From Nemertoderma westbladi (lineage: Eukaryota; Animalia; Xenacoelomorpha): a DNA stretch of 64,000 nt. The translations under genes were made by a program, and so were the position numbers. Positions 11,689 through 23,919 of this stretch are shown here, piece after piece (within the stretch, counting starts at the first letter, position 1; every line of letters starts with the position of its first letter). The notes under the pieces were generated by a model. The model had not been told where the DNA came from, ran no database searches, and worked only from the letters and a program-made list of their open reading frames with translations. The stretch is from positions 80,960 through 144,959 of the forward strand of contig JAUCBJ010009031.1 of NCBI GenBank assembly GCA_032718475.1, read 5' to 3'.

Positions 11689-12296
11689 TTCCACAACAAA
11701 GATTTCCCAAAGAAGATGATTGAATGTAGTTGGAAATGATGAAAAGGATCAGACAACTCTACTATAAACCTGAATGATGACGTGTATGATGATGAAAATG
11801 TAATGATGCGCACCCTGGTGCTGCGCTTATAACAAATGATGATAGCCGGGGGGCTATAACCCCAATGATGATGTGGAAATAAACAAAATTGAGAATAAAT
11901 GGTGGAACTAAATGATGAAATAAATGTGGAAATAAATGAAATGTGAAATAAATGGTGGAAATAAATGTGATGAAATGTGTTGAAATAAATGAAATGAGAT
12001 GAAATAATAATGAGAAATGAAAAAAGACAAAAAAAAAGGTATAAAAAGGTCTAAAGAAAAGAATTATTGGAAAAATGAGGACATAAAAAGTCATAAAAAC
12101 TGGTTGGATATTAATGTATAGTTATAGTAACTGTAAATGCTGAATGTATTAGCAATAAGATGATAGATGCCTATATAGCAATGTTATTAATAAACTGAAC
12201 TAAAAATAAAACTGAATTATTCTGCAATCACTATAGTTTCAGACTTTCTGTACTTATAATTAACTGATCTAATTTGTAACGGATATAATCGTAAAT

Positions 12297-14897
12297 ATGG
12301 ACCCAAATCGCCAAATTATCGGCGAATTACGTAACATGATAGATCTACTGGAATATTCGCAACCCGGATCCCCTGACTTTGATACAAATTGGAGCACCCT
12401 GCTAAATGAGAACGTGCGAGTCGTTAAATTCACCGGGCGAGAGGGACCGGATTCCAAGAATCTACGAGCCCTCCGGTTAGCCGATGCTAGTACGAGACTG
12501 AAAAGAACTCGGAACGCAAAGGCAACCGGAGGGGACGATTCGTCGTTTTGGGAAACGTTCCGGCAGAGCGTCTACAGATCCCGATGTTTGATCTACGACA
12601 ACGAGAGAAACGCGACGCCCACCTCGAAAGCGATTACGTTGGCGAGATGTCAAAGTTTCGTCGACGACAAGAGTACGTACCTCGCCCACTGGAGAAACCT
12701 GTCGGAGTGTACGGCGATGCTTCGAGAGGAACGTATATCGACCATCCAAAATCGCGACGACTACCAAGAAAAATACGGGGCGAAAGAATACGGTCGATCC
12801 TTGGTCGTCGTCCTCGGAACCCTGGACGGTTTGGTATTGGTGTGTCGAATATTTCCGACACCCAGATAGGAAGTGCAGGCAGCCGGAGCGATCTGGTTGC
12901 TACCTCCGGAAATCCAAAAGATCCTCTTCGACTTCGACGTCATTAAAATCGGGTCGGATATAAAGGCGGACGTCCGGAACGACTACGCGAACGCTCCTTC
13001 AGGAAGAAACCGACGAGACAACCTCAACGCCCTTAGCCATTGCGTCGACACTCAAACGCTACTACCCTGGTTACGATTCGCCGAGTTCATGCGAGGATTC
13101 CAAGAGGTGAGACCGACGAAATCCGGGATCGGCTACCTCGCTGTGCTAAACGGCGGCATCGACTTCAAACCCCAGAAATTCCGGGACTATAATAAAATAT
13201 ATGGTGGATACCCGGGATTAGAAATAAAGAGCAAGCGAGAGGGTCGATGGAAGGTAGTTGATCGGAAGTGGACGATACACCAAAGGTGGGAGAATCCCGA
13301 TCGACGGAACTACGTCTACGTCGTTATGGAGTGCTACACCGTCGCTAAGTTTATCTGTAAAACTCTCGATAACCTTATTACGGCGGTTCCTCTTTCCTTC
13401 GTCAACTACGACTGGAACGAGGTTATAAACCACGCGTTCAAAACGGTCGAGAACATCACACCGGGAGAGACTAAAACACTCGCTGTTATCGATTCCTGGG
13501 ACGAGAGCGGACCTTACGACATCCCTACGATTACCGAACTTCTCGGTGCGGAGGAGCCTCTGATTTCTTCGGAAGGGGAAGAAATATGGCTAAATGAGGG
13601 TGTTCTACTCTCCACCCCGAAGCGATAACTCGAGCCGGAGGCCGCTTACCAACCGGCCGCCAAACGGGTTGCCTCCACCGAACCAACGACGGAAGCGGGC
13701 GTTTCCTCACCACTCGGCTTCGGTAGCCCTGCGAGGGAGTTGGTTACTACCTTCGCGTTAAACGACTTCGGCGATACGTGCCAAAGGTTATCCCCGTATC
13801 CTTTCCCGGGTGGCGAAGACTGGTCGTCGGAGATTCCGAGTACCAGCAATCAACGGACCCACTCAGCGATATTGGTCGAGAAGGGCCCCAGCGCTGCGCC
13901 AACTCCCGACGATGTCCTTGGAATCCCTCCGTCGAAAACCCCGGCACCTCTTCGCCGACCAGCGGTGGCTACTACACCCTCCGTTCCTCAGGATCCTATG
14001 CGACTAACCCGTTGGTACGCCGAGCAAACCGAATGGATCCACCGCCAGAAACGGTCGTCCAAGTTGAGACCGACGGGACACAAAGAAGGTTATCGTAGCG
14101 AGGACCTACTACGCAAAAGCCCAGCCTTCCGCGTGCTACCGACCACCGCGAATATTCAGAAGAGCGACCGACGACTCGAGTATCACGTCGGTGTCCCGAT
14201 TCCAATATTCCCCGGTCGAGAGATGCAGTTGGAGGTGTGCGGCGACTGTGGTTCGGAGCAGTGCCCACGCGGTAGAAGGAATCGGGTTACCGATTCATGC
14301 CTCCAGCTCCTCGGGATACTCTATTGCCCATACTGCGCGATATCGGGCCACGACGTTTCGGTCTGTCCGATCCTATATAACCTCTGCACCACGTGCGGTT
14401 TCCGTGGACATTCCTCTAGCCCCCGCTGCTATATCAAATGTCCTACCAAAGACGTTACCGCTATGGGATATATGGTCATGTTTGAAACATACGCAAACAG
14501 CCACATAAAGACCAAGGTTCGGAGAAACGCTCGGAATATCGCGCAGGAGATGGCGTGCGGGTACTTCTCCTTCCCGGAACGCCTCCACACATCGGCCACG
14601 CTGCCTTTCCATTACGTGGATTTGTTGCTGAGCGCTGGATTATTCGGCCCATTCGAAGTCATTAGACGCTTATACTCGTATAAAGAGGAGTTCGGTGACG
14701 GAGAGTGGTTCCTCGAGGCTCGCAACTCCGAGTTGGAACGACGAACCAATATGATCCCGATGCCATCGAAAGGAAGAGCCGCCAGGAGACAAGCCGAAGC
14801 GTTGCTCACGATGGATGTTGACGCTCCTCTACCAGCTATAGCGATCGACGAGAGCCGACGGGCGAAGAGGCGAAAGGCGTATCAGAGAAAGAAATAG
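12297..14897 (+). pseudogene. BEL-1 accessory ORF: DEDDy-like 3'-5' exonuclease plus Cys/His zinc-knuckle module (866 codons, two in-frame stops)
   Basis: ORFs 12297-12869, 12873-13628 and 13740-14897 share one frame, broken only by TAG 12867-12869 and TAA 13626-13628. Motifs: LIYDNE, LPPEIQKILFD..VIKIGSDIKAD, CVDTQ, SGIGYLA, YVVME, CPYCAISGHDVSVCP, CTTCGFRGHSSSPRC. Confidence 0.8.
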
Positions 14898-15062
14898 TGG
14901 ATCGGGATATTCCAGGAACATTTATCGAACATTTATTTTTATACATATATATATAAACTCTAGGCCAAATTAATTAAAACTATGCAATATTAAATTTGGG
15001 TTTTTTTTATTGGGAATGACCTACGCAAACTCAATCTACCGATAGACCTCACGAAGGTCATT

Positions 15063-15071
15063 GGGGGGGAC
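15063..15071 (+). promoter_or_regulatory. Polypurine tract of BEL-1
   Basis: GGGGGGGAC immediately precedes the TG of the 3' LTR. Confidence 0.8.
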
Positions 15072-16388
15072 TGTTCGCGGTATTTCAACTTTTTATAACG
15101 CGAGTTGAATATTTTTTGTATTAATTTAAAATGATTATTCCGATATTACTACTGGGTGCGGGACCACGGGTTTTGGGCACATTCTATAAACTGGGGGCGA
15201 TTTATGGGCGAACTTTGGGGCGACTTACAGGGTACGGGACTAATTTCATGTTTATAAGGGCCAAGGGGGGATGGATAATTCAAGCAGTAATCAGGTTAGC
15301 CTGATTACTATTAGGCCCTGGCCAACTTCCTGCTGCCTGTAGAGGTGGATTTGGTAACGCGCCTGGCCTAAAGGACAAGGACTGCCCTTAGCGGTCCCTG
15401 GCCAACAGCAGTTATTACGAGCCTGAAAAGGACATCGGAATGCCAGCTGCTTGTGTCAGGGACTTGCGACGGGAAACGACACGACAGACCCCTAGCCAAG
15501 CCGTACTGGTTCTCGATGATCGTTCCCTTCGGGGTTCGTGAGGGGTGGGACGGACATGCGATGGGGTCGAAAGACAAAGGACTAGACTCGACTAGACTCT
15601 ACTGGCCTACCGACTGTTCGGAGCAGTTTCTCGGCTGCCGAAGCGACTACGAGCCTGAAATGGACTCAGAAAGTCTAGGTGGTTGGGTTTCTGCGATGAA
15701 CCGATGGACCCTTAGCCAAGCCGTACTGGTTCTCGATGATCGTTCCCTTCGGGGTTCGTGAGGGGTGGGACGGACACGCGAACGGGTCCACCGACACGAC
15801 AGACTCCTAGCCAAGCCGTACTGGTTCTCGATGACCGATCCCTTCGGGGTTCGAGAGGGGTGGTACGGATACGCAACAGAGTCTACCGACTGGACCGACC
15901 CTTAGCCAAGCCGTGCTGGTTCTCGATGATCGATCCCTTTGGGGTTCGGGAGGGGTGGAACGGACACGCGACAGGGTCGACCGACACCGACACTACGGCA
16001 TCAAGACTAGGACCGAGGGAAAATCTGGGGAACATTAGTTAGGCTAAAATCTGAGCGAACAGTGGGTAATTAAATAATATACTGTAGGGATTTATATTGT
16101 CGTGTATAATTATTGTGAATATTTGGTGTATATTGATTTGGGAAAGCCCAAAATTATTCTCAATCAGGATTGTAACAGGATTGTACATTGTTACAGGATT
16201 GTAACAGGGTTAACTACATTAAAGAATATATCCAACCAATGCAGCTTTTTCTCAACCGCAATCCTGCATCTAAGAAATTCCTCCTTCTCCACAATCAATA
16301 TCCGGTGACTGGCCGGGACTCCGTGGTCTGTAAAGCCCCGCCTCCAGCATCGGCGTTTTTCCCCCCTGGTGTCGGGATAACGGCAACA
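15072..16388 (+). repeat. BEL-1 3' LTR (1317 bp, complete)
   Basis: TGTTCGCG...GGCAACA followed by TSD GCAAC; contains four copies of the CCCTTCGGGG-type hairpin module (the fourth reads CCCTTTGGGG). Confidence 0.95.
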
Positions 16389-18911
16389 GCAACCATAGCA
16401 CCACATTGCTTATATGTAGCTGTGCATACAATATAGAGCTGCAACCATAGCACCACATTGCTTATATGTATATGTGTATACAATATAGAGCTGCAACCAT
16501 AGCACCACATTGCTTATATGTAGCTGTGTATACAATATAGAGCTGCAACCATTGCACCACATTGCTTATATGTAGCTGTGTATACAATATAGAGCTGCAA
16601 CCATAGCACCACATTGCTTATATGTATCTGTGTATACAATATAGAGCTGCAACCATAGCACCACATTGCTTATATGTAGCTGTGCATACAATATAGAGAT
16701 GCAACCATAGCACCACATTGCTTATATGTAGCTGTGCATACAATATAGAGCTGCAACCATAGCACCACATTGCTTATATGTAGCTGTGTATACAATATAG
16801 AGCTGCAACCATAGCACCACATTGCTTATATGTAGCTGTGTATACAATATAGAGCTGCAACCATAGCACCACATTGCTTATATGTAGCTGTGTATACAAT
16901 ATAGAGCTGCAACCGTAGCACCAGATTGCTTATATGTAGCTGTGCATACAATATAGAGATGCAACCATAGCACCAGATTGCTTATATGTAGCTGTGCATA
17001 CAATATAGAGCTGCAACCATAGCACCAGATTGCTTATATGTAGCTGTGCATACAATATAGAGCTGCAACCATAGCACCACATTGCTTATATGTAGCTGTG
17101 CATACAATATAGAGATGCAACCATAGCACCAGATTGCTTATATGTAGCTGTGCATACAATATAGAGCTGCAACCATAGCACCAGATTGCTTATATGTAGC
17201 TGTGCATACAATATAGAGCTGCAACCATAGCACCAGATTGCTTATATGTAGCTGTGCATACAATATAGAGCTGCAACCATAGCACCACATTGCTTATATG
17301 TAGCTGTGCATACAATATAGAGCTGCAACCATAGCACCACATTGCTTATATGTAGCTGTGCATACAATATAGAGCTGCAACCATAGCACCACATTGCTTA
17401 TATGTAGCTGTGTATACAATATAGAGCTGCAACCATAGCACCACATTGCTTATATGTAGCTGTGCATACAATATAGAGCTGCAACCATAGCACCACATTG
17501 CTTATATGTAGCTGTGCATACAATATAGAGCTGCAACCATAGCACCACATTGCTTATATGTAGCTGTGCATACAATATAGAGCTGCAACCATAGCACCAC
17601 ATTGCTTATATGTAGCTGTGCATACAATATAGAGCTGCAACCATAGCACCACATTGCTTATATGTAGCTGTGCATACAATATAGAGCTGCAACCATAGCA
17701 CCACATTGCTTATATGTATCTGTGTATACAATATAGAGCTGCAACCATAGCACCACATTGCTTATATGTTGCTGTGTATACAATATAGAGCTGCAACCAT
17801 AGCACCACATTGCTTATATGTAGCTGTGCATACAATATAGAGCTGCAACCATAGCACCACATTGCTTATATGTAGCTGTGTATACAATATAGAGCTGCAA
17901 CCGTAGCACTAGATTGCTTATATGTAGCTGTGCATACAATATAGAGATGCAACCATAGCACCACATTGCTTATATGTAGCTGTGCATACAATATAGAGCT
18001 GCAACCATAGCACCACATTGCTTATATGTAGCTGTGCATACAATATAGAGCTGCAACCATAGCACCACATTGCTTATATGTAGCTGTGCATACAATATAG
18101 AGCTGCAACCATAGCACCACATTGCTTATATGTAGCTGTGTATACAATATAGAGCTGCAACCATAGCACCACATTGCTTATATGTAGCTGTGCATACAAT
18201 ATAGAGCTGCAACCATAGCACCACATTGCTTATATGTATCTGTGTATACAATATAGAGCTGCAACCATAGCACCACATTGCTTATATGTATCTGTGTATA
18301 CAATATAGAGCTGCAACCATAGCACCACATTGCTTATATGTTGCTGTGTATACAATATAGAGCTGCAACCATAGCACCACATTGCTTATATGTAGCTGTG
18401 CATACAATATAGAGCTGCAACCATAGCACCACATTGCTTATATGTAGCTGTGCATACAATCATAGCACCACATTGCTTATATGTATCTGTGTATACAATA
18501 TAGAGCTGCAACCATAGCACCACATTGCTTATATGTTGCTGTGTATTCAATATAGAGCTGCAACCATAGCACCACATTGCTTATATGTAGCTGTGCATAC
18601 AATATAGAGCTGCAACCATAGCACCACATTGCTTATATGTAGCTGTGTATACAATATAGAGATGCAACCATAGCACCACATTGTTTATATGTAGCTGTGT
18701 ATACAATATAGAGCTGCAATCATAGCACCACATTGCTTATATGTAGCTGTGCATACAATATAGAGCTGCAACCATAGCACCACATTGCTTATATGTAGCT
18801 GTGCATACAATATAGAGCTGCAACCATAGCACCACATTGCTTATATGTAGCTGTGTATACAATATAGAGCTGCAACCATAGCAGCACATTGCTTATATGT
18901 AGCTGTGTATA
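16389..18911. repeat. 52-bp tandem satellite A, right arm (about 48 copies)
   Basis: Same monomer, resuming in register after the TSD. Confidence 0.98.
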
Positions 18912-19481
18912 TGTGAGCGGATTCAATTCCGCCGCATTACCCTCACAAAGTTCACAGTGGCGCCTTCTTCAGCAATATCGGAGATACGAGATTGGTAACA
19001 ACCAATCTCGTATCAGAACCCAACACCGGGGACAACACAACCCCAAAACCACACAAAGGGAGGTTAGAGGTCAAATTACCTCGGGAGAGGAAACAACCAG
19101 CAGGGGCCAACAGCAGGGGGGGAACACTCCCAGAGAGGTGAGAGGCCTGAAGTAGGTTATCAGCCAATAGGAGCGGGGGAGAGCATCCACTGGACAAAGG
19201 CCACAGTAGTGTAGCAGTGAGCTAATACTGGTGTGTCGTATATTATCAACCTACATACCAATACATTAGTTTAGTTAGTCCAGTTACCGTTTTCAGTGCA
19301 GACGGAGGACATTGTTTTACCGTCACCGTTGCCGTCAATATTACTGTCATATCAACTCACTATATCTCTTGTACTATTATACATAACGGCGAAAGATAAC
19401 ATCAATTTCGAACCTTTTCCATCACATCGGTGACGCGTACGAAACAACTCATCCGGTCGGGATTTCATTGATCCCGTCACA
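18912..19481. mobile_element. Solo LTR (570 bp) inserted in the last satellite A monomer
   Basis: TGTGAG...GTCACA ends; 5-bp TSD GTATA (18907-18911 and 19482-19486); related to 24198-24838. Confidence 0.85.
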
Positions 19482-19499
19482 GTATACAATAAAACTTAC

Positions 19500-19726
19500 C
19501 CAAATTAATGTCTACAGATTGCTTCGATGCTTTTTTCCCCATATAAACAACGACATCCGCAATGATTATGATAAGAAAATGGATTATTACGCCGGCGATG
19601 ATAACCCAAAACATAGGGCCAATAGTGTCTCCCTCAACAAGTATAGCCCCGAGACATATTGCGACATTTGCGAGAATTTCAGCACAAGTACCAACAATAA
19701 AATGGGCCCAATCGAATATCCATCTC
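19500..19726 (-). CDS. Cytochrome b561 / ferric-chelate reductase (FRRS1/SDR2-like), coding exon 4
   Basis: TTTATAG acceptor and GTAAG donor; translates (K)RWIFDWAHFIVGTCAEILANVAICLG..., with the 4th heme His; phase matches exon 3. Confidence 0.88.
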
Positions 19727-20000
19727 CTATAAATTAAATACATTGGATTATAATCAAATAAATTAATAAATTTAAGGAGCATTGTTCCATAAAAAGGCCA
19801 CTTATGTATGCCGATGCGATGGGAGCTCAGTAGAAGACGAAATACATGTTCTACTACAATGTAAACTCAGAGTTAAATTTAATATAAACGTGGCAGATAT
19901 CAATGATTTGTTTTTGAAAACACCTATGACAAATTTATGTAAATATGTAAGCGCGGATTTGGAAATTTATATAGTATAATTTACGGTACCCCGAAGATTT

Positions 20001-22127
20001 CTCCACCATAACAGGGAAATAACTCCACCATCAGGTAGCCGTAGACGTGGTTCCCCAGCAGAACATCTAACCGACCTTGACTTTGCTGTAAAAGCTTTTG
20101 TGGGATAACTGATACGTTTGCCTATGCTGGCCAGTTCCCCCCAGGCGCTGGAATACTCTAAAAAACGTTTTCTAACTGTATATATATTCCCCTCGCCCGC
20201 AAGGTACCTTTACAGGTGTTTTAACGGACATAAAAATCATTCTGCTATATACGTGTTTTAGCGGACATGGTAAGACAAAAAACTTGTAATGCATCAACCA
20301 CCTTTCACAGTTTAGCCGTGATGATTCATATTACGACATCTAGCAGCTGGTTGCTGACATGGAAACAGCCATTGGCCGCGTGGTTCTTTGTTTGGCTTGG
20401 GCCAATCAGGGCGGTTTTTCCTGTCGACGTGTAGCTTTCCTGCCGATCATAAGGAGAGTGTTCTGTCTTACTGTTTTAGAGTTGATACTTTGTTGTTATT
20501 GCTGTCTAAGCCAGAAACACCGGCATTTTTGGATAGATACTGCTGTACCGTAAACTGCTTGAATTATCGAAAGTATAAACTGTTACCTAACCTCACTAAT
20601 CTCACGAATCGAATATCACCTAACTCATTAATCATATTGTTTGTACTGTTATTTTACCGTCAGTTATTAATTGTAAATATTTGTTGATGGAAATATTGCT
20701 ATTTGGATAATACGGATAAATCACCCAATTCCCAATTTTCTTGATAACACTACAGGTTAGAGAGACCGGCTATATATAACAATTGCGATTTATATTAATG
20801 TGGTGTGTATTGAATCCAATGTTATTTAGCAGACCCTACGTGAGTCAATTACTGCTCTCTTTATGTGTGATCAAATGTACTGACTGTCGGCAGAATAGTG
20901 TGTATGATTGTGATTGGTAACAAAGTATTTCCTAAAGAATACGCTTTATACTTCAATCCCAAGCAGTATCGTTGCGTTTAGTATAAGTCTTAGTTCTGTT
21001 TAAATAGATAAAGCGCCACGTCCTAAAGGAACTGTTAATATTTCCCGAAAGCCAATAATATCTGTCAGAGATTAATTATTAACGATCTATCGAATAATAC
21101 AGTAAGTTTACACTGCAACCTTACACTGTAATAATACAATTCAAGCATCCGAATTCAGTCTCCCGGGTGTAGATCCATCGGGTGAATGATCGCGCATGGG
21201 CTGATTTCGGCTAATGTTTTGCGTATTAGCATAAATTATTGTCGTATGCTAAAGTGGTTTTAATTAACTAAAAGACATATAAATTTTGGCAGGTTAAACT
21301 GCTAAAGGTCTTCGAAAGCGCGAACATTTGCAGATGACCTTGGTTTACTGTCAGAGACATTAGAAGGAGCACAGAAGCTGCTATCTAGCTTAGAGGAGGC
21401 TGCATCTAGTGTTGGCCTCTTTGTGAATAGCACAAAGACCAAAATTCTGACAGTAAACATGGATTCAGATCAGCAGAAAATTGATCGGGATAACATTCAA
21501 TCGCTGGATGGACTGGTAAGTCATGTGAACGACTTCTGCTACCTTGGATCACGGGTTCGGAGGTCTGCTGAAGATCTCCGAATTCGCAAAGGGAAAGCCT
21601 GGTCCGCCATCCACAAGCTATCCAGGATCTGGAAGAGCTCTGACATCTCATGCTCTTTAAAGGTACGCCTTTTCCGTGCAGCAGTGGAGCCTGTGCTGCT
21701 CTATGGCAGCCCATGCTGGGCTCTAACTGCTGAAGACACCAGGTCCTTGGATGGCACATACACCAGGATGCTTCGCCGGGTGCACAACATAGCATATGAT
21801 GCACACATAAGCAATGAGGTGTTATATAAATATGGTAACATCTCATTGCCAAGACCTAGCATCACCCTGCAGAAACGCCGTCTAATGCTTGCTGGGCACT
21901 GTTTCCGCCGGCAGGATCAACCTGTACACAACCTTGTGCTGTGGCATCCTGCTGGCGAGAATAGACGTGGTGGACAGCCAATGACTTTCCTCAAACACCT
22001 GCTCAAGGACACAGGACTTGAGAACAGGAATGAATTAGGAAATTGTATGGCTGACCGCAAGATCTGGGGGCGCTATGTTTCTGGTGCCGCCGGCAATGCA
22101 CCCTAGTGCAAGCCGATCATCATCATC
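20001..22127 (+). mobile_element. 5'-truncated RTE-like LINE (second subfamily) interrupted by a solo LTR
   Basis: TDLDFA|DDL is split by the LTR; RT C-terminus at 21423-22106; (CAT)n tail; 13-bp TSD ACCCCGAAGATTT (19988-20000) / ACCCCAAAGATTT (22128-22140). Confidence 0.88.
20087..21326 (+). mobile_element. Solo LTR (1240 bp) related to the BEL-2 LTRs
   Basis: TGTAAAAGCTTTTG...AAAGCGCGAACA is homologous but diverged relative to the reverse complement of 35750-36931; TSD TTTGC (20082-20086 and 21327-21331). Confidence 0.92.
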
Positions 22128-22345
22128 ACCCCAAAGATTTAATTTTTGTAGTTGTGTGTCTATATTCTTTATTATATTTTTTAAAGTATCATTAATTTGT
22201 TAATTGTTAAATGGACATTAATTTGTATATACATACAGTGCAGTGCAACTAAATAGTCATGAATAATGTCAATAAACTACTACTACTACTATAAAATGCA
22301 TTATAATTTTTGCACTGTTAAACTTCCTGTCGAAGACGAGTTCAG

Positions 22346-22383
22346 TGTCCGTGTCCGGGTCCGGGTCCGGGTCCGGGTCCGGG
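22346..22383. repeat. (GTCCGG)n microsatellite
   Basis: About 6 tandem hexamers. Confidence 0.85.
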
Positions 22384-22517
22384 TATGGAGAGTGTTCTAT
22401 ATAAAAGGTCCATAAATTCTATAAAGATAATGTTCCTTCTATATGGCCACTACAATGTAATATATGTTATATGATTATCAGGATTTGGAAGTCACATAGA
22501 ATACGTCGGAAACTTAA

Positions 22518-23733
22518 CCCTGAGAAGCCCAAGGAAGGAATCCACCCCCCTCTGTTGTTTTTTTTAGATTCTATAGAGATTATCGTTCAAGGGAACTCCA
22601 AATTCCATGTAATTTCCTCAAATTTATCAGGGAACATTATGAAATAAACTAAAAGTTCACACGACCTATAGTTTTCAAGATATAAGGAAGCTGTGACACC
22701 TATGTCAGCACTTTTCAGCACTGAAATTTCATATTTCAGTTTCTTTGGGGTAACTTCAATCTATGGTGAAATAAATCGTCAAAATTCGGTTATTTTGAAC
22801 ACCGAACAAATTGAAAACAATTATGGGTAAAATTTCGTGTTGTAATTTGGAAATTTAAAAAGTACCACAAGAGCACCAAAAGTGCAAGTAGTGTAAAATT
22901 TAAAATTTTGAAATAGGATACAACGTCAATATCCTTACCCATACTGAGGTTTTCTTATGTGCTGATTTCATTGGTGACAATTATAAGACGGTGTAGTTAA
23001 CCAAAATTGCTCGAAACTGAAAAGATCCCCTAATATAAATTTTCAAATATATAATTTTCAAATAAACTACTTGTTTCAGTTAACTTATATCCAATGCCGT
23101 ATATATCGGTGATATTGGGTTATTTTGAAGGCTGAACCCATTTATATCAAAATTGTGTATAATTCTATGTCAAAATTCTGAATTTTTAAGAAGCACCACA
23201 ATAGCACGAAAAGTGCAGGTAGTAAAAGACGAAAAAATTTATTTCGCAATTGCGGAAAAAACTTGAATTGGAGTGAAAAAATAGACAACGGATTTGGAAT
23301 CAGTGTGGTTGTATTGTATACAAAAGTGTATTTGCATGTAAATACTTAGATTTTTCGAAAAATTTTCCAAAAATATGCATGCAATGAAATTCTTTAGCAC
23401 CACGAAATGTGCTAATTAGTGTCAATCCGACAAATGTTTCAGGAATTTTCTTCAGATCCATTTTTGTAATATGTTTGTGTACGGTTTGACCAATTTTCAA
23501 AAAACATTCAAACATATAGAGCCGCATTAAGCATGGTACAAAATTTATTTTTGGTACCCTGTGCGAAAAGTGCTAACACGGTGTCACTACTGTGGTTTTC
23601 AAAATTTGTTTTTTGGTTTTGAGTTTGTAATGTGCATGTGAAGGTTTCCATCAAATTAAAAAAAAATCCATTCACAAATAGCCGAGATCAGTAGGGAGGG
23701 TGGAATCCACCCCCCCACCTGGGCGTTTCAGGA
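22518..23733. mobile_element. Degenerate non-autonomous piggyBac-like DNA element
   Basis: Left end TTAA|CCCTGAGAAGCCCA; right end CTGGGCGTTTCAGGA (imperfect inverted repeat); subterminal GGAATCCACCCCCC at both ends; right TTAA not intact. Confidence 0.5.
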
Positions 23734-23919
23734 GTAGAAAAGATTATATAGACACATATTTAAAAAAAGAACTGCATTGCACAAACTTTTAAGTAAAATT
23801 GTTCTTTATATACAAAAATGAAACAAAATCACATTTGAACTATAATAATATAGATCAACCGCAGCCTTCTTTAACGCTATTTGGCCCGGGGGGGGGGTGG
23901 TCTATTGATGAATCCAACT

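Larger units (their letters stand above)
4907..16388 (+). mobile_element. BEL/Pao LTR retrotransposon (BEL-1) with an accessory exonuclease-like ORF
   Basis: TG...CA ends; 5-bp TSD GCAAC (4902-4906 and 16389-16393); paired LTRs; Gag-PR-RT-RH-IN order with the BEL triple zinc knuckle. Confidence 0.96.

Noticed and set aside
11762-12094. Hydrophobic Phe/His-rich 110-aa minus-strand ORF
   Set aside because: Translation of a low-complexity A/G-rich tract (AAATGA-like repeats) in the BEL-1 spacer.
12297-14897. env gene in the third-ORF position (also 37009-41261)
   Set aside because: No signal peptide, fusion peptide or transmembrane anchor; has nuclease and zinc-knuckle motifs and basic tails instead.
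1376-18911. Short MWCYGCSSILY... ORFs
   Set aside because: Translations of satellite A.
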